Part shown: positions 42,153 to 51,365 of the stretch, piece after piece
Layout: each line of letters starts with the position of its first letter
How positions within the stretch are numbered: position 1 is the first letter of the stretch
Notes under the pieces: generated by a model
Seen by the model: the letters and a program-made list of their open reading frames with translations, nothing else
What the model was told of the DNA's origin: nothing
Databases searched by the model: none
Source of the DNA: a virus
DNA length: 64,000 nucleotides
IMG/VR virus record: IMGVR_UViG_3300014137_000003
Strand: one strand, 5' to 3'
Program-made: the position numbers and the translations under genes

Positions 42153-42848
42153 ATGGTTTCACAGCAAAGTTTAGGGAAATTGAGGCTTTTAAATAACTTA
42201 GCCAGTCGTGGGTTTTTGAATAAAGATATGGTCTTTTATGTAGACCGTCTTATCCCTTTAGGAGACTTGCTTTCTTGCCTCACCGACAGACAAAAATATG
42301 TTGTTTCTTTACTTTATGGGCTAGGTAATAGCCCCCTTTTATCTGCTAACAGTTTGGCAAATAGTCTTACAGTAACAAAGACTAGAATTTTACAAATAGA
42401 GTCTAAGGCTCTTAGAGACTTGGGTATTAGTATTAATGCTCATCTTAAAGATGTTGAGAGAAAAGATTCTGAGTTCTTTGTTTCTCCTACTACTTTTGAG
42501 GCAATGACTCCTAGCATTACCACTGGTGTAAGCATGCCTATTTTAAGAACTATAACTATCGATAGTTTGGGATTGAGGGAACGTGCTTGTAATATCCTAA
42601 AGTCTCATAAACTTACAACTGCGTATGAACTTATATATGACTTACCTACTCTACCAAGCTTAAGGAATGTAGGCGAGGAAACAACTAGAAATGTTATTGG
42701 TGTCCTAGCTTCGCTTGTAGGAGGGGTATCTGGAATAACTGATATTTACATAACTGTAAGAAACCCCCAAACAAAATTAGAACTAGGTCAATACCTTTCT
42801 GATGTTTGGTGGGAAGATAATGCAAAAAGAAGATACGGGGTGCGGTAA
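42153..42848 (+). CDS. fusion protein: sigma-70 region 4.2-like HTH + RpoA alpha-CTD-like helix-hairpin-helix domain
   Basis: LTDRQKYVVSLLYGLGNSPLLSANSLANSLTVTKTRILQIESKALRDL follows the sigma region 4 consensus. ITIDSLGLRERACNILKSHKLTTAYELIYDLPTLPSLRNVGEETTRNVIGVL follows the alpha-CTD consensus. No sigma region 2 is present. Confidence 0.65.
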   Translation: MVSQQSLGKLRLLNNLASRGFLNKDMVFYVDRLIPLGDLLSCLTDRQKYVVSLLYGLGNSPLLSANSLANSLTVTKTRILQIESKALRDLGISINAHLKDVERKDSEFFVSPTTFEAMTPSITTGVSMPILRTITIDSLGLRERACNILKSHKLTTAYELIYDLPTLPSLRNVGEETTRNVIGVLASLVGGVSGITDIYITVRNPQTKLELGQYLSDVWWEDNAKRRYGVR

Positions 42849-43654
42849 TGGCAACACTAGACGAAATATTTAAGAGTGAATTTAACAAAACTAGAAATAA
42901 CTTAAAGGGGTATATTTCAATATACGATTTAGGTATTAAACCGAAGTCTCTACCTAAAAACGACTTCTATAACGTTAAGGGTGTTGAGGTAGAGTATTAC
43001 AAGAAACTAAACGACAGTAATGTAATGCTTGTACCTCGTGGTTTTGAGCTACGAAGACGTCTATTAAAGGCTAAAGATGAGGGTGGTTTCCGTAGAGATA
43101 AGGACGGAAATATTAGGACTGTAGAGGTAAGCGTCCCTAGAGGTTCTGTTGCAGTTATGTCTCCTATGCCTTTAGGGTTGCCTTTCTCGTTTAAGGCAGA
43201 GGGGTATGATTATGTAGATTATATAGAAGAGGGTGGTAAGCGTAGATATATCTATATACTTCCAACTTCTGTTCTCTATAAGACTAATTTTAACGCCTTA
43301 GCAATTTCTACAAAGAAGATGAAATGCTTTTCAGGGGTAGCTATAAAGACATGGAATATGGGTATTCTAAATATCTGTGTTGTACCGTATAAGGTAGGAA
43401 GAACTTATGAAAGCACCATAATTTTAAAGGTAAAACAAAGCTTAGACTTTACCAAAGACGTAGCCCAGTTAACTAAAGTTTTAGAGTCTAAAGGTGTTAT
43501 CTCTAATCCTGTAGACTATATGACAGAAGAGGGCGAAAATATAGGAGTTACACCTATAGTTCCTGCTTATGACTCAATAGAGTATAACCCAGTAGAAATT
43601 TCTTCTTTGGCAGACGCTAACATTAAAGGAATCGAGGACATAATAGATGTTTAA
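42848..43654 (+). CDS. hypothetical protein (268 aa)
   Basis: TAATG overlap with the previous gene. No motif. Confidence 0.6.
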   Translation: MATLDEIFKSEFNKTRNNLKGYISIYDLGIKPKSLPKNDFYNVKGVEVEYYKKLNDSNVMLVPRGFELRRRLLKAKDEGGFRRDKDGNIRTVEVSVPRGSVAVMSPMPLGLPFSFKAEGYDYVDYIEEGGKRRYIYILPTSVLYKTNFNALAISTKKMKCFSGVAIKTWNMGILNICVVPYKVGRTYESTIILKVKQSLDFTKDVAQLTKVLESKGVISNPVDYMTEEGENIGVTPIVPAYDSIEYNPVEISSLADANIKGIEDIIDV

Positions 43655-44129
43655 GAAAGCGTTTAAGACGGTATTAAAGTTTTGTTTAGCTCTTACCCTA
43701 GTGTTTGTAGTAGGGGTATTTATTGGAAGGAACTCTTATTCTAGGGTAGTTGTTAGTGGTCATTCTATGGACTACACTTTACAGGATGGTGAGCACTTGT
43801 GGGTTGAAAACTTCCCTTGGGGTAAGTACAAGCAGGGGAGTGTTGTTGTTCTAAAGGAATCCGACAAGCGTATGGTTAAACGAATTATCGGTACGCCAGG
43901 AGATACTTTGGTCTTTAAGGGTGATACCTTATATCGAAATGGAAAGGCTTTAGACGAGCCCTATGTTACGGATAGTGGGTATGAAAAAGGTCTATTAAAG
44001 GGCGAAGTCACTCTAGCTAAAGATGAGTATTTTGTTATGGGGGATAATAGGGATGTCTCTAATGACTCTCGTTACTTCGGTGCAATCAAGAAGAATGAAT
44101 TACAAGGTAGGGTAGTAGGTTATGAGTAA
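43647..44129 (+). CDS. signal peptidase I (S26 family)
   Basis: N-terminal TM helix, SGHSMDYTL (catalytic Ser box), VKRIIGTPGD (Lys box) and GDNRDVSNDSRYFG. Confidence 0.9.
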   Translation: MFKKAFKTVLKFCLALTLVFVVGVFIGRNSYSRVVVSGHSMDYTLQDGEHLWVENFPWGKYKQGSVVVLKESDKRMVKRIIGTPGDTLVFKGDTLYRNGKALDEPYVTDSGYEKGLLKGEVTLAKDEYFVMGDNRDVSNDSRYFGAIKKNELQGRVVGYE

Positions 44130-44487
44130 TTATAAATTAGCAAGGGTTGGTGGAGGTTCTGTACTAGCAGACTTTGACACTAAGGTAGTAAAGACTTTTA
44201 ATTCATCGGGAAGGTTTGTTTCTAACGGTTTTAGTGGGACTCCTAAGTTTTCAGAATGTTATGTTATCTCTTTAGTACAGGTAGGCACAGGGGCATGCTT
44301 ATACGATGGGGTATCTGAGAAGGAAGTTACCTCTGCTCCAAAAGTTTTAGCGACTTTAATGAAAAGTCCATTTTCTGTGTACCCTCTTCAAGTAGATGGG
44401 GTATCTCCTAAGGGTATTCGCTACAAGCAGTATATTTTCTGTTATAGTTCTAAAGAATCTCAATCTACAGCTTTAGCTAGTCTATAA
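44122..44487 (+). CDS. hypothetical protein (121 aa)
   Basis: Overlaps the previous stop (ATGA). No motif. Confidence 0.55.
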   Translation: MSNYKLARVGGGSVLADFDTKVVKTFNSSGRFVSNGFSGTPKFSECYVISLVQVGTGACLYDGVSEKEVTSAPKVLATLMKSPFSVYPLQVDGVSPKGIRYKQYIFCYSSKESQSTALASL

Positions 44488-44500
44488 GAGAAGGTTATTA

Positions 44501-44530
44501 GGCAGTCTTAATTTGACTGTCCTTTTTTAT
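44501..44530 (+). terminator. rho-independent terminator
   Basis: GGCAGTC-ttaatttg-GACTGTC stem followed by CTTTTTTAT. Confidence 0.7.
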
Positions 44531-44537
44531 ATTTTTG

Positions 44538-44546
44538 TGTTATAAT
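44538..44546 (+). promoter_or_regulatory. extended -10 promoter (TGtTATAAT)
   Basis: Immediately after the terminator and 40 nt upstream of ATG 44587. Confidence 0.45.
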
Positions 44547-44586
44547 ATATAATAAATATTTACTAGAGACTAGGGGGAGTATTCCG

Positions 44587-45846
44587 ATGCTTGAAGAGCT
44601 ACTTAGCTTAACTAATAACAAATATACTTTACGTCCAGAGAGGTTTTACGAAGTAAAAAGAAAGTACATGGGTCTATATCAGGCTCAATTGCTAAAGATG
44701 TGGGACTTGGGTTATACAATGGAGGTGTCTGTCTTTAAAGAAGAGGACTTTTTAGCATCTTATTCAGACGAAGGTATTAACCTAAAATTCCGAAATGGCA
44801 AAGTAAAATTAGAACCTTGGGTTTTCTATACTGAGTGGTTGTTATCAGGTCGTAAGAGCGAATTTTACTATGATATGTACCAACTCTTGGAGTATAGAGA
44901 GGCTTGTATTACGATTGATCTTATCTACGATAACTCTAAAATGTATAAAGCTAAATCAACCAAGCCTTTCCAATGGGGTATCTCTTATTCTTATTCAGGT
45001 ATGAGGGGTACTTCTAGGGCGACGCAGCTTGGTCGAGTGGGGTATGAGTTACTTATTTCTGAAGATAAGTATATCCGAGAAGTGGAGATTTCTTCTTTGG
45101 TAAGTCTTGTTATTGCTAAGGAGTTAGGTTTCTCTATGGAAGCTATTACTGTGTTAGATGGTATCAGTTTATATGATTTAGGTTCTTATGCTGAGGACCT
45201 CTTGACTGGAGGTGTTGTTCTCGATAATGATTTCCTTACTCGACTTTTAGGGGTAGGTGGTTCGGTAGTTGAGTCTATTTCTAACCTACTACATAAGCAT
45301 AAAGATGTAGTAGAGAAGCACCTTTCTGAATATGATTTATCTCGTTATGGGGTTTTTATGGGTGTAAGTAATACCCATCTTTACTTCTCTGTGGATAAGG
45401 ATACAGGTTATCGTGAGAAGTTGCCTTTTGGTGCGTTTAGCGTAGACTATGATAGTGGTAAAGTTTTATCATCTCTAAATAATTACTATGGTATCACCGG
45501 AGATTTTGTTACTTTTAGTAGTTCTCTATTTAGTGAGGATGGACTCAATTTTGTGGGTTGTCCTATATATTTATTTGATGAGAATGGCGAGAAGTCTCTA
45601 TATGTCAGCGTAGAGCAAGTTGAGGGGTTAGGTGAGTCATCACTAATCTATGATCTTGGGTTGGAGTTATCATTTAGACCTAGTGGCACTTACTCGTTAC
45701 GGGAGGAGATGAGCTTGGTTGATTATTATGTAAATAGTCATGAATTAGCAGAGGAAGGTTTATTCTTCCGATTCCTAACGGGGTATTATAGCTCCGACGA
45801 AAGAGACCTCGCAATTAAAAAAGCTAATAGCTTACTTGGAGGGTAA
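44587..45846 (+). CDS. hypothetical protein (419 aa), first gene of an ORFan block
   Basis: GGGGGAG upstream. No motif recognised. Confidence 0.65.
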   Translation: MLEELLSLTNNKYTLRPERFYEVKRKYMGLYQAQLLKMWDLGYTMEVSVFKEEDFLASYSDEGINLKFRNGKVKLEPWVFYTEWLLSGRKSEFYYDMYQLLEYREACITIDLIYDNSKMYKAKSTKPFQWGISYSYSGMRGTSRATQLGRVGYELLISEDKYIREVEISSLVSLVIAKELGFSMEAITVLDGISLYDLGSYAEDLLTGGVVLDNDFLTRLLGVGGSVVESISNLLHKHKDVVEKHLSEYDLSRYGVFMGVSNTHLYFSVDKDTGYREKLPFGAFSVDYDSGKVLSSLNNYYGITGDFVTFSSSLFSEDGLNFVGCPIYLFDENGEKSLYVSVEQVEGLGESSLIYDLGLELSFRPSGTYSLREEMSLVDYYVNSHELAEEGLFFRFLTGYYSSDERDLAIKKANSLLGG

Positions 45847-45848
45847 CA

Positions 45849-46376
45849 ATGAAAATGAAAATCCGTAAAGGAGATAGTAATCTCTGGTCTTTTGTCGAAG
45901 TTTGGGATAGGAAGTACAAGTACTCAGGTTATGGGGTAGTTAAAGCCTTGTTTGGGGTAAGATTAACCCAAGATGGCTTTACTTCTTTACCTTTGGTCTT
46001 AAAGGGTAATGATTTCTTACCTTTAAGTGATAGCTTGAAATCTTATGATTTGCCTACTTGGTTGAACTCTAAGAAGCCTATTTATTCTAGTATCTCTCAA
46101 AGCATTGTTAGATTCTTGGTTAGGTATGATTTGAAGACGTTAGAACCAGATTTCGAACATAGTTCTTTTGAGTTATATCAGCCTATTATGGATTTAGCAA
46201 CTGAAGAGTATGTACCCCTAACAAGGGTATTTAATCTACCCTCTGAGCTTGAGGAACGTCTTAACGATATTATGCATCAATTATTTGAGGGTAGCGTTGA
46301 TAGGAAAACGTTTCTAGAAAGGAGGATATCTATTAGTGAAAGTATTGAAGATAACCAACAAAAACGGACGGACTGA
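45849..46376 (+). CDS. hypothetical protein (175 aa)
   Basis: Starts 2 nt after the previous stop. Confidence 0.6.
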   Translation: MKMKIRKGDSNLWSFVEVWDRKYKYSGYGVVKALFGVRLTQDGFTSLPLVLKGNDFLPLSDSLKSYDLPTWLNSKKPIYSSISQSIVRFLVRYDLKTLEPDFEHSSFELYQPIMDLATEEYVPLTRVFNLPSELEERLNDIMHQLFEGSVDRKTFLERRISISESIEDNQQKRTD

Positions 46377-47007
46377 TTTCTTAATTACTGAGTCTTATGG
46401 TCATAGTGGTAAGTTTTTTGAAACTAGTTCTAAGCATATTGTACAGGTAAAGAGTCGTCCTTTCCTTTATTCTTTAGAAGAGAGTAAGGCAGGAAAGAGG
46501 TTAGAATACCTAGAGGCTTTACAGTTTGATGGGAGTGTAGGTGTTTCCAACCTTGAGGGGTATGCTAGTGTAGGTTTTGTAATGGGCTTGCTAGATAAGT
46601 TAGGGCTAGTCAAGGACAAGGGTTATGTACCTTATCGCTTACGGGATTACTCTTATGCCATAACCTATGGAGAATTGGGGTATCTTTTAGCTTACGCTTG
46701 TAAGCGTGAGGAAGACTTCCCAGCATTAGGTAAGTATAAACCTAGTGACCCTAAAATGAAGATTTCTATAATTAGTGTAGAATCGGAAGGTCAAAGGGTA
46801 CCAGAATTTAGGCTTGGGCAGTATAGCTCGGATACTTTATTTAGTAAGTATCTAGAGGACATTAGGTTAGGTAGTCGCCCAGTACCGTTACCTTTATTCT
46901 ATGGGTTCAGGGAGTATTTCTCTGAAGAGGATGTAACTCTTTTAGGTCAGGTACCGAGGGGAAAAGTTTTAGATTTATTGGGTGTTGATTATTTAGAAGA
47001 CAAATAG
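46336..47007 (+). CDS. hypothetical protein (223 aa)
   Basis: GTG start behind GGAAAGGAGGA. It overlaps the previous gene by 41 nt, so the start is uncertain. Confidence 0.55.
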   Translation: MKVLKITNKNGRTDFLITESYGHSGKFFETSSKHIVQVKSRPFLYSLEESKAGKRLEYLEALQFDGSVGVSNLEGYASVGFVMGLLDKLGLVKDKGYVPYRLRDYSYAITYGELGYLLAYACKREEDFPALGKYKPSDPKMKISIISVESEGQRVPEFRLGQYSSDTLFSKYLEDIRLGSRPVPLPLFYGFREYFSEEDVTLLGQVPRGKVLDLLGVDYLEDK

Positions 47008-47025
47008 ATAGCAGGGTAGTAGTAA

Positions 47026-48279
47026 ATGAGTAAGTTTTTTGATGTAGAAGAAGTAGATTTCGACCTATTGGGTGCTAAGAACCCTTTGAGGTCGATACTA
47101 GAGGGGTATGTAAGCACTCTAGCTGAAGAAGGAAGAGGTTTCACCTTTGGGAGAAGGGTAGACGATCGACAGGTAGATGTCTTAAAATTAGAGGATAATG
47201 TAGGTCAAGTTTTGGGTAATAAACTTAAAATGTTTTATCCAAATGTATCTCCTTACCTAGCAGCAGCTAAGTATTTCTTAAGGGATTTCCTTTGTTATAT
47301 TGAGGTTCCTACGTTCCATACTGAGCGTGAGACTGGTCTTAAGAAAGCTAGTTATACTAAGTTTTTAGCGACTGCAAATTTGGAAGTAGCTAACTTTTGG
47401 GTAGATGGTGACTTATCTGAGACTGTTTCTAAGTATGAAAAATCAGTAATCCATTTTGATGAAGTAGAAACAGACGACTATGAAGTACCTATTCTTAAGC
47501 TAGGTTCAAACAAGAATGGTAGAAGTATTACAAGACCTCGTTCTTACTTAGATTTATCTAAGAAGGGAACTAGGGTAGTACCTGTGTTCGCTCTTAAGTC
47601 TTATGTAGACACTTTGTATAAACGTATTCATTCGAACGTAGCTAGGGTAACCTTTATTAAAGATAATGGTACTTTACGAGAGTTGGATACTTGTATGTCT
47701 GAGGAGTTATTGGTAGACCTTTACAAAGATTCTTCTTTTGTAGCAGGAATGCTTGAGAGTGCTTACGATGGTGACTTCCTTGGCTCTAAGGTTATAGACA
47801 GGGGGTATATCCGAGTGCCAGAGGTTGGCTCTAGTATCTACGATGGTTCAGGTATCAGGGCTATCTCTTATACTAGGATTGCCGAAATTCAGTATGGGGT
47901 AGAGCCGGACATGGAGTTTGCAAGGGTAGACTTGGATGGAGTTGTTTTTTCTTTCTCTTCTAAGCTTTCAAAACTTACATTGGATGAAGTAGGTCGTGTA
48001 GCTAATGCACTTGTTGCTGATGGTTTCGATGTATCTAGCTTGATTGATTCTGAAGGACGTCACAAGTTCCAGATTGATTCTTATCAACTTGAGAATTGGG
48101 CTGACTTGATGAACCGAGTTCTATCTACTACATTCCAACGTAATTTATATTTATTTATGGTATCTAATCCTCAGTGGTTCGGTGGTTACACTGGAGAGAG
48201 GGTTAGTCTTGCGAGTGAGGTTAATCTAGGTGGCTTTAATTCTGCAAGTATCTTGGATGACCTAGATGATTTAGAATAG
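47026..48279 (+). CDS. hypothetical protein (417 aa)
   Basis: Contains ARVTFIKDNGTLRELDTCMS, reminiscent of phage SH3-barrel (DUF2693/WYL_2-like) modules; low-confidence recall. Confidence 0.6.
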   Translation: MSKFFDVEEVDFDLLGAKNPLRSILEGYVSTLAEEGRGFTFGRRVDDRQVDVLKLEDNVGQVLGNKLKMFYPNVSPYLAAAKYFLRDFLCYIEVPTFHTERETGLKKASYTKFLATANLEVANFWVDGDLSETVSKYEKSVIHFDEVETDDYEVPILKLGSNKNGRSITRPRSYLDLSKKGTRVVPVFALKSYVDTLYKRIHSNVARVTFIKDNGTLRELDTCMSEELLVDLYKDSSFVAGMLESAYDGDFLGSKVIDRGYIRVPEVGSSIYDGSGIRAISYTRIAEIQYGVEPDMEFARVDLDGVVFSFSSKLSKLTLDEVGRVANALVADGFDVSSLIDSEGRHKFQIDSYQLENWADLMNRVLSTTFQRNLYLFMVSNPQWFGGYTGERVSLASEVNLGGFNSASILDDLDDLE

Positions 48280-48292
48280 CTAAGGAGTTAGC

Positions 48293-49921
48293 ATGAAAGA
48301 TAAAGATTTATGGGGTATTCCTTCTCCCTTTAGTGGAATGGTTGATATCATTCAATCAGAAATAGTATCTACGGTTGGCGTAGGGAAGGTTCTTACTTTA
48401 CCGACTGTAGCCAGCTTGCTTAATTCTCATAAGGGGTTACGAGACTTAGTACAGGAAAAGTTCGAGTCGACTGAGGCAAAGACTGGTAAATATGGTGATG
48501 TAGCTTATGACATCCAGTTGCTCCAAGGGGTACTTCTTACAAGCCTAGTGTTTGGGTATCATAAGCCTAGTGGAAAGGTAGCTCTTTATACTGCTTGCGA
48601 GAAAGTATTTACTGCTATTACCCCAGACTACAATTTTAACAATAGTAAAACTTATGAATGGAATGTAGAAGGGGTACTAAACGCAGCAAGGGTTGATATT
48701 GATTACACTTCCCAAAATACTTTTAATGCTAAGTTAACTAAGTTGACTGTTAGAACTAAGTTAGTTGCAGATGATTACATTTTTGTACCTTTGGAGAGTG
48801 TATCTGCTTTAGTGGGTATTATTAAAGACCAACTATCCAAGGGTAGGATTGCTTATACGCAACAGATTGTATCAGGCTTAGTAAAGGAACGATATATCAC
48901 CATGAACGCTACTGTACTTCGTAAGTACTCTGATTCTGAGGGGTTTGCCTCTGATGTATCTTCTAAATCTTTACTACAGTTGGCTAGGCACAAGGCTTAT
49001 TTCCCAGTAGTTGGTGCTACGTCTAATACAGTGGGTATGACCTCTGTGGATTTGCTTTTGCTTGAGAAACTTGGTTTTGTAAAAGACAATGGTTCTCTTG
49101 TTGAAGTAAGTGATTTTGGTGGAGCAATTCGTTTAGTTGTTACAAGTTTGCTTAGTAATGAACTTGCACGTAACTATTCTGAAGAGTTGCAATCTAAATA
49201 TAACGATTATATTAGTGGTATCGTAGATATCATTACCCAAGAGAAGTTCTTGGAAGTTGTAGATGACATCGTTACACCAAAAGATATGCCAAGCGATGCT
49301 ATTGTATCTTTGGAAGCAGCTAACTTAATCTTACGAGATATGACAGACCAACAACTCCAAGATACTTGGTTAATGTTTAGGGAAAGGGGTATGCAATCTG
49401 AGAACCCTCAAGAGTTGGTTAAGTTGATTAGTAGTTCTTATGAGCAGTTACCTACAAATATCTCTACAGAAGAACTTAGGGACTTGCTTAATAATAGTGT
49501 TCTCAAGGTAGTTACCACTAAGAAGAATGGTTCATTCTCTACTATGTATGTAACTAACAACGAAGACGTCTTATCTCAAGTTTATGGTGCAGATTACCGT
49601 AAGAACCTTGAGTCTATTGGGGTACGCATTAGGGAAGCTAAAAAATACCTTGGTCAGGGTGAGCTTACTTTCGATGAAGTAATGGAATACTTAGGGTTTG
49701 ATAGCTTTATTGGTAGGGGACCTGAGTTACCTAAGGATAACTTAGCAACTTTTGAAGAGTTAGTGGCTACGGAAAGCAACTACAAACCTAGAAAATCAAA
49801 TTCTAATGAGAACTTAGTTCAAGGTAGGCGTCTGTTTGGGGTAGTAACTCCGAAAGGTGTAGATGGTTATTACTGTAATATCGACACAACACGTATTTAT
49901 CAAATCGTTAAATTAGCATAA
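48293..49921 (+). CDS. hypothetical protein (542 aa)
   Basis: AAGGAG upstream. Contains GRIAYTQQIVSGLVKERYITMN and LKVVTTKKNGSFSTMYVTNN, the same motif style as 47026. Confidence 0.65.
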   Translation: MKDKDLWGIPSPFSGMVDIIQSEIVSTVGVGKVLTLPTVASLLNSHKGLRDLVQEKFESTEAKTGKYGDVAYDIQLLQGVLLTSLVFGYHKPSGKVALYTACEKVFTAITPDYNFNNSKTYEWNVEGVLNAARVDIDYTSQNTFNAKLTKLTVRTKLVADDYIFVPLESVSALVGIIKDQLSKGRIAYTQQIVSGLVKERYITMNATVLRKYSDSEGFASDVSSKSLLQLARHKAYFPVVGATSNTVGMTSVDLLLLEKLGFVKDNGSLVEVSDFGGAIRLVVTSLLSNELARNYSEELQSKYNDYISGIVDIITQEKFLEVVDDIVTPKDMPSDAIVSLEAANLILRDMTDQQLQDTWLMFRERGMQSENPQELVKLISSSYEQLPTNISTEELRDLLNNSVLKVVTTKKNGSFSTMYVTNNEDVLSQVYGADYRKNLESIGVRIREAKKYLGQGELTFDEVMEYLGFDSFIGRGPELPKDNLATFEELVATESNYKPRKSNSNENLVQGRRLFGVVTPKGVDGYYCNIDTTRIYQIVKLA

Positions 49922-49937
49922 TTAGTAGGAGTAGGAA

Positions 49938-51365
49938 ATGAATGGGTATCAATTATATTTAGAGAATATTATAAACGCTCTAGCTAGGGTTGGTATTCAT
50001 TACCCTCTCAAACTAGAAAGCTATGAGGACTTATTTTACACTTCAGAATCTCTAGGTTCGTTCCTAGAGATTAACTCATTTTTACAAAGAGTTGGTGAAG
50101 GTTATAGTATTGCAGGCTTAGATGAGTCTGTAACTTATAGGTCTTACTGGTATTCTGAGTTTTATTTAGAGTTTCAGGAACGTGTCTTGACTACTGATTT
50201 CTATAAGGCTTTAGAGTCTGAGGAAGAAAGCATAGAGGACGTAGAAGACTTAGAAAGTACAGAAGACGTAAAAGAAGAACAAACAAACTCAGAAGAAAAA
50301 GAAGTTGCTTCTATAGTTTCACCTTTTGGTAAGTATTCTAGTATAGTTGGTACCACGTTAGATGGGTTTGACTCTTATGGTGTCCCATTCGATGTTGAGG
50401 AGGAAGATGATGGCTCTGAAACGAAAGAAGAAAACACTGATAGGGAAAAAGAAGATGTTTCTAATTACTCAGGTTTAACTGGTACTAATTCGGATGGTCT
50501 AGATGTCTATGGGGTAGATTTGGAAGAAGAAGTTCCAGACGAAGATGTCTCAAACAAAGGAGAATCGGAAGAAAAAGACTCGGAAGAAGTTGAAGACAAA
50601 GACGAAGTATCTGAACCTACTGAATTTGTTTCTACAGACTTTGATTTTCCAGAGGAAAACGTTGAGGATATAGTAAGTACTGTTGAAGTGCCGACTAGCG
50701 AGACTGTGTCTTCTGACGGTTTTGACCTTTATGGTGTTGAGTTGGAGGATTTCGATGAAGAAGACTCTGAAGATTATAACGAAGAGGACGATCCGAACAA
50801 TCCAGAAAGTGGAGTAGTGGTTGACTTGGTAGGTAATGAGTCTGAGGGGTATGTAGAGAACTTCGAAGAGTACGACGAAGAAAACGACCCAGATAACCCA
50901 GATAGTGGTTCTTATGTTGATTTAGCAACTCCTAGCTTTGAAGAGTATGACGAAGAAAACGACCCCGACAATCCAGATAATGGTAACTATCAGGATTTAG
51001 TAGGTGAGGGGTACGAAGAGAACTTCGAAGAGTACGACGAAGAAAACGACCCAGATAATCCCGACAATGGTAATTATCAGGATTTAGTATCTTCTAGCTA
51101 TGATGACGAAGATGAAGATTATGAAAATGACCCCGATAACCCAGAAAATAGTATTTATCGGGATGTTGTTGAATCCTCTAGCACCCAAGGTTACGTTGAG
51201 TCCCCACAACAAACACAAGTTGCCCCTAATCCTCCACAAGCTAAACCTAAGCAGGTTAAATCTCCAGTAAATAAAAACATGGAAAGTACGCAAAATATGT
51301 TGAACTTTTTAGGAAGGTTTGAAAAAACTATACTAGGAAAGGTGAAGAAAAATGGTAAAAACTAA
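49938..51365 (+). CDS. hyper-acidic repeat protein (475 aa)
   Basis: Three DG(F/L)D.YGV.(F/L) motifs, five Y(D/N)EE(N/D)DP(D/N)NP(D/E).G.Y.DL repeats and a short basic C-terminus. Confidence 0.7.
   Translation: MNGYQLYLENIINALARVGIHYPLKLESYEDLFYTSESLGSFLEINSFLQRVGEGYSIAGLDESVTYRSYWYSEFYLEFQERVLTTDFYKALESEEESIEDVEDLESTEDVKEEQTNSEEKEVASIVSPFGKYSSIVGTTLDGFDSYGVPFDVEEEDDGSETKEENTDREKEDVSNYSGLTGTNSDGLDVYGVDLEEEVPDEDVSNKGESEEKDSEEVEDKDEVSEPTEFVSTDFDFPEENVEDIVSTVEVPTSETVSSDGFDLYGVELEDFDEEDSEDYNEEDDPNNPESGVVVDLVGNESEGYVENFEEYDEENDPDNPDSGSYVDLATPSFEEYDEENDPDNPDNGNYQDLVGEGYEENFEEYDEENDPDNPDNGNYQDLVSSSYDDEDEDYENDPDNPENSIYRDVVESSSTQGYVESPQQTQVAPNPPQAKPKQVKSPVNKNMESTQNMLNFLGRFEKTILGKVKKNGKN
50771..51170 (+). 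repeat. five in-frame tandem repeats (~60-75 bp) in the acidic protein gene
   Basis: YNEEDDPNNPESGVVVDLVG / YDEENDPDNPDSGSYVDLAT / YDEENDPDNPDNGNYQDLVG / YDEENDPDNPDNGNYQDLVS / YENDPDNPENSIYRDVVE. Confidence 0.85.

Noticed and set aside
50771-51170. Regularly spaced repeats as a CRISPR array (also 8147-8398 and 31071-31175)
   Set aside because: The repeats are in-frame inside long ORFs, have no unique spacers of constant length, and translate into sensible peptide repeats.
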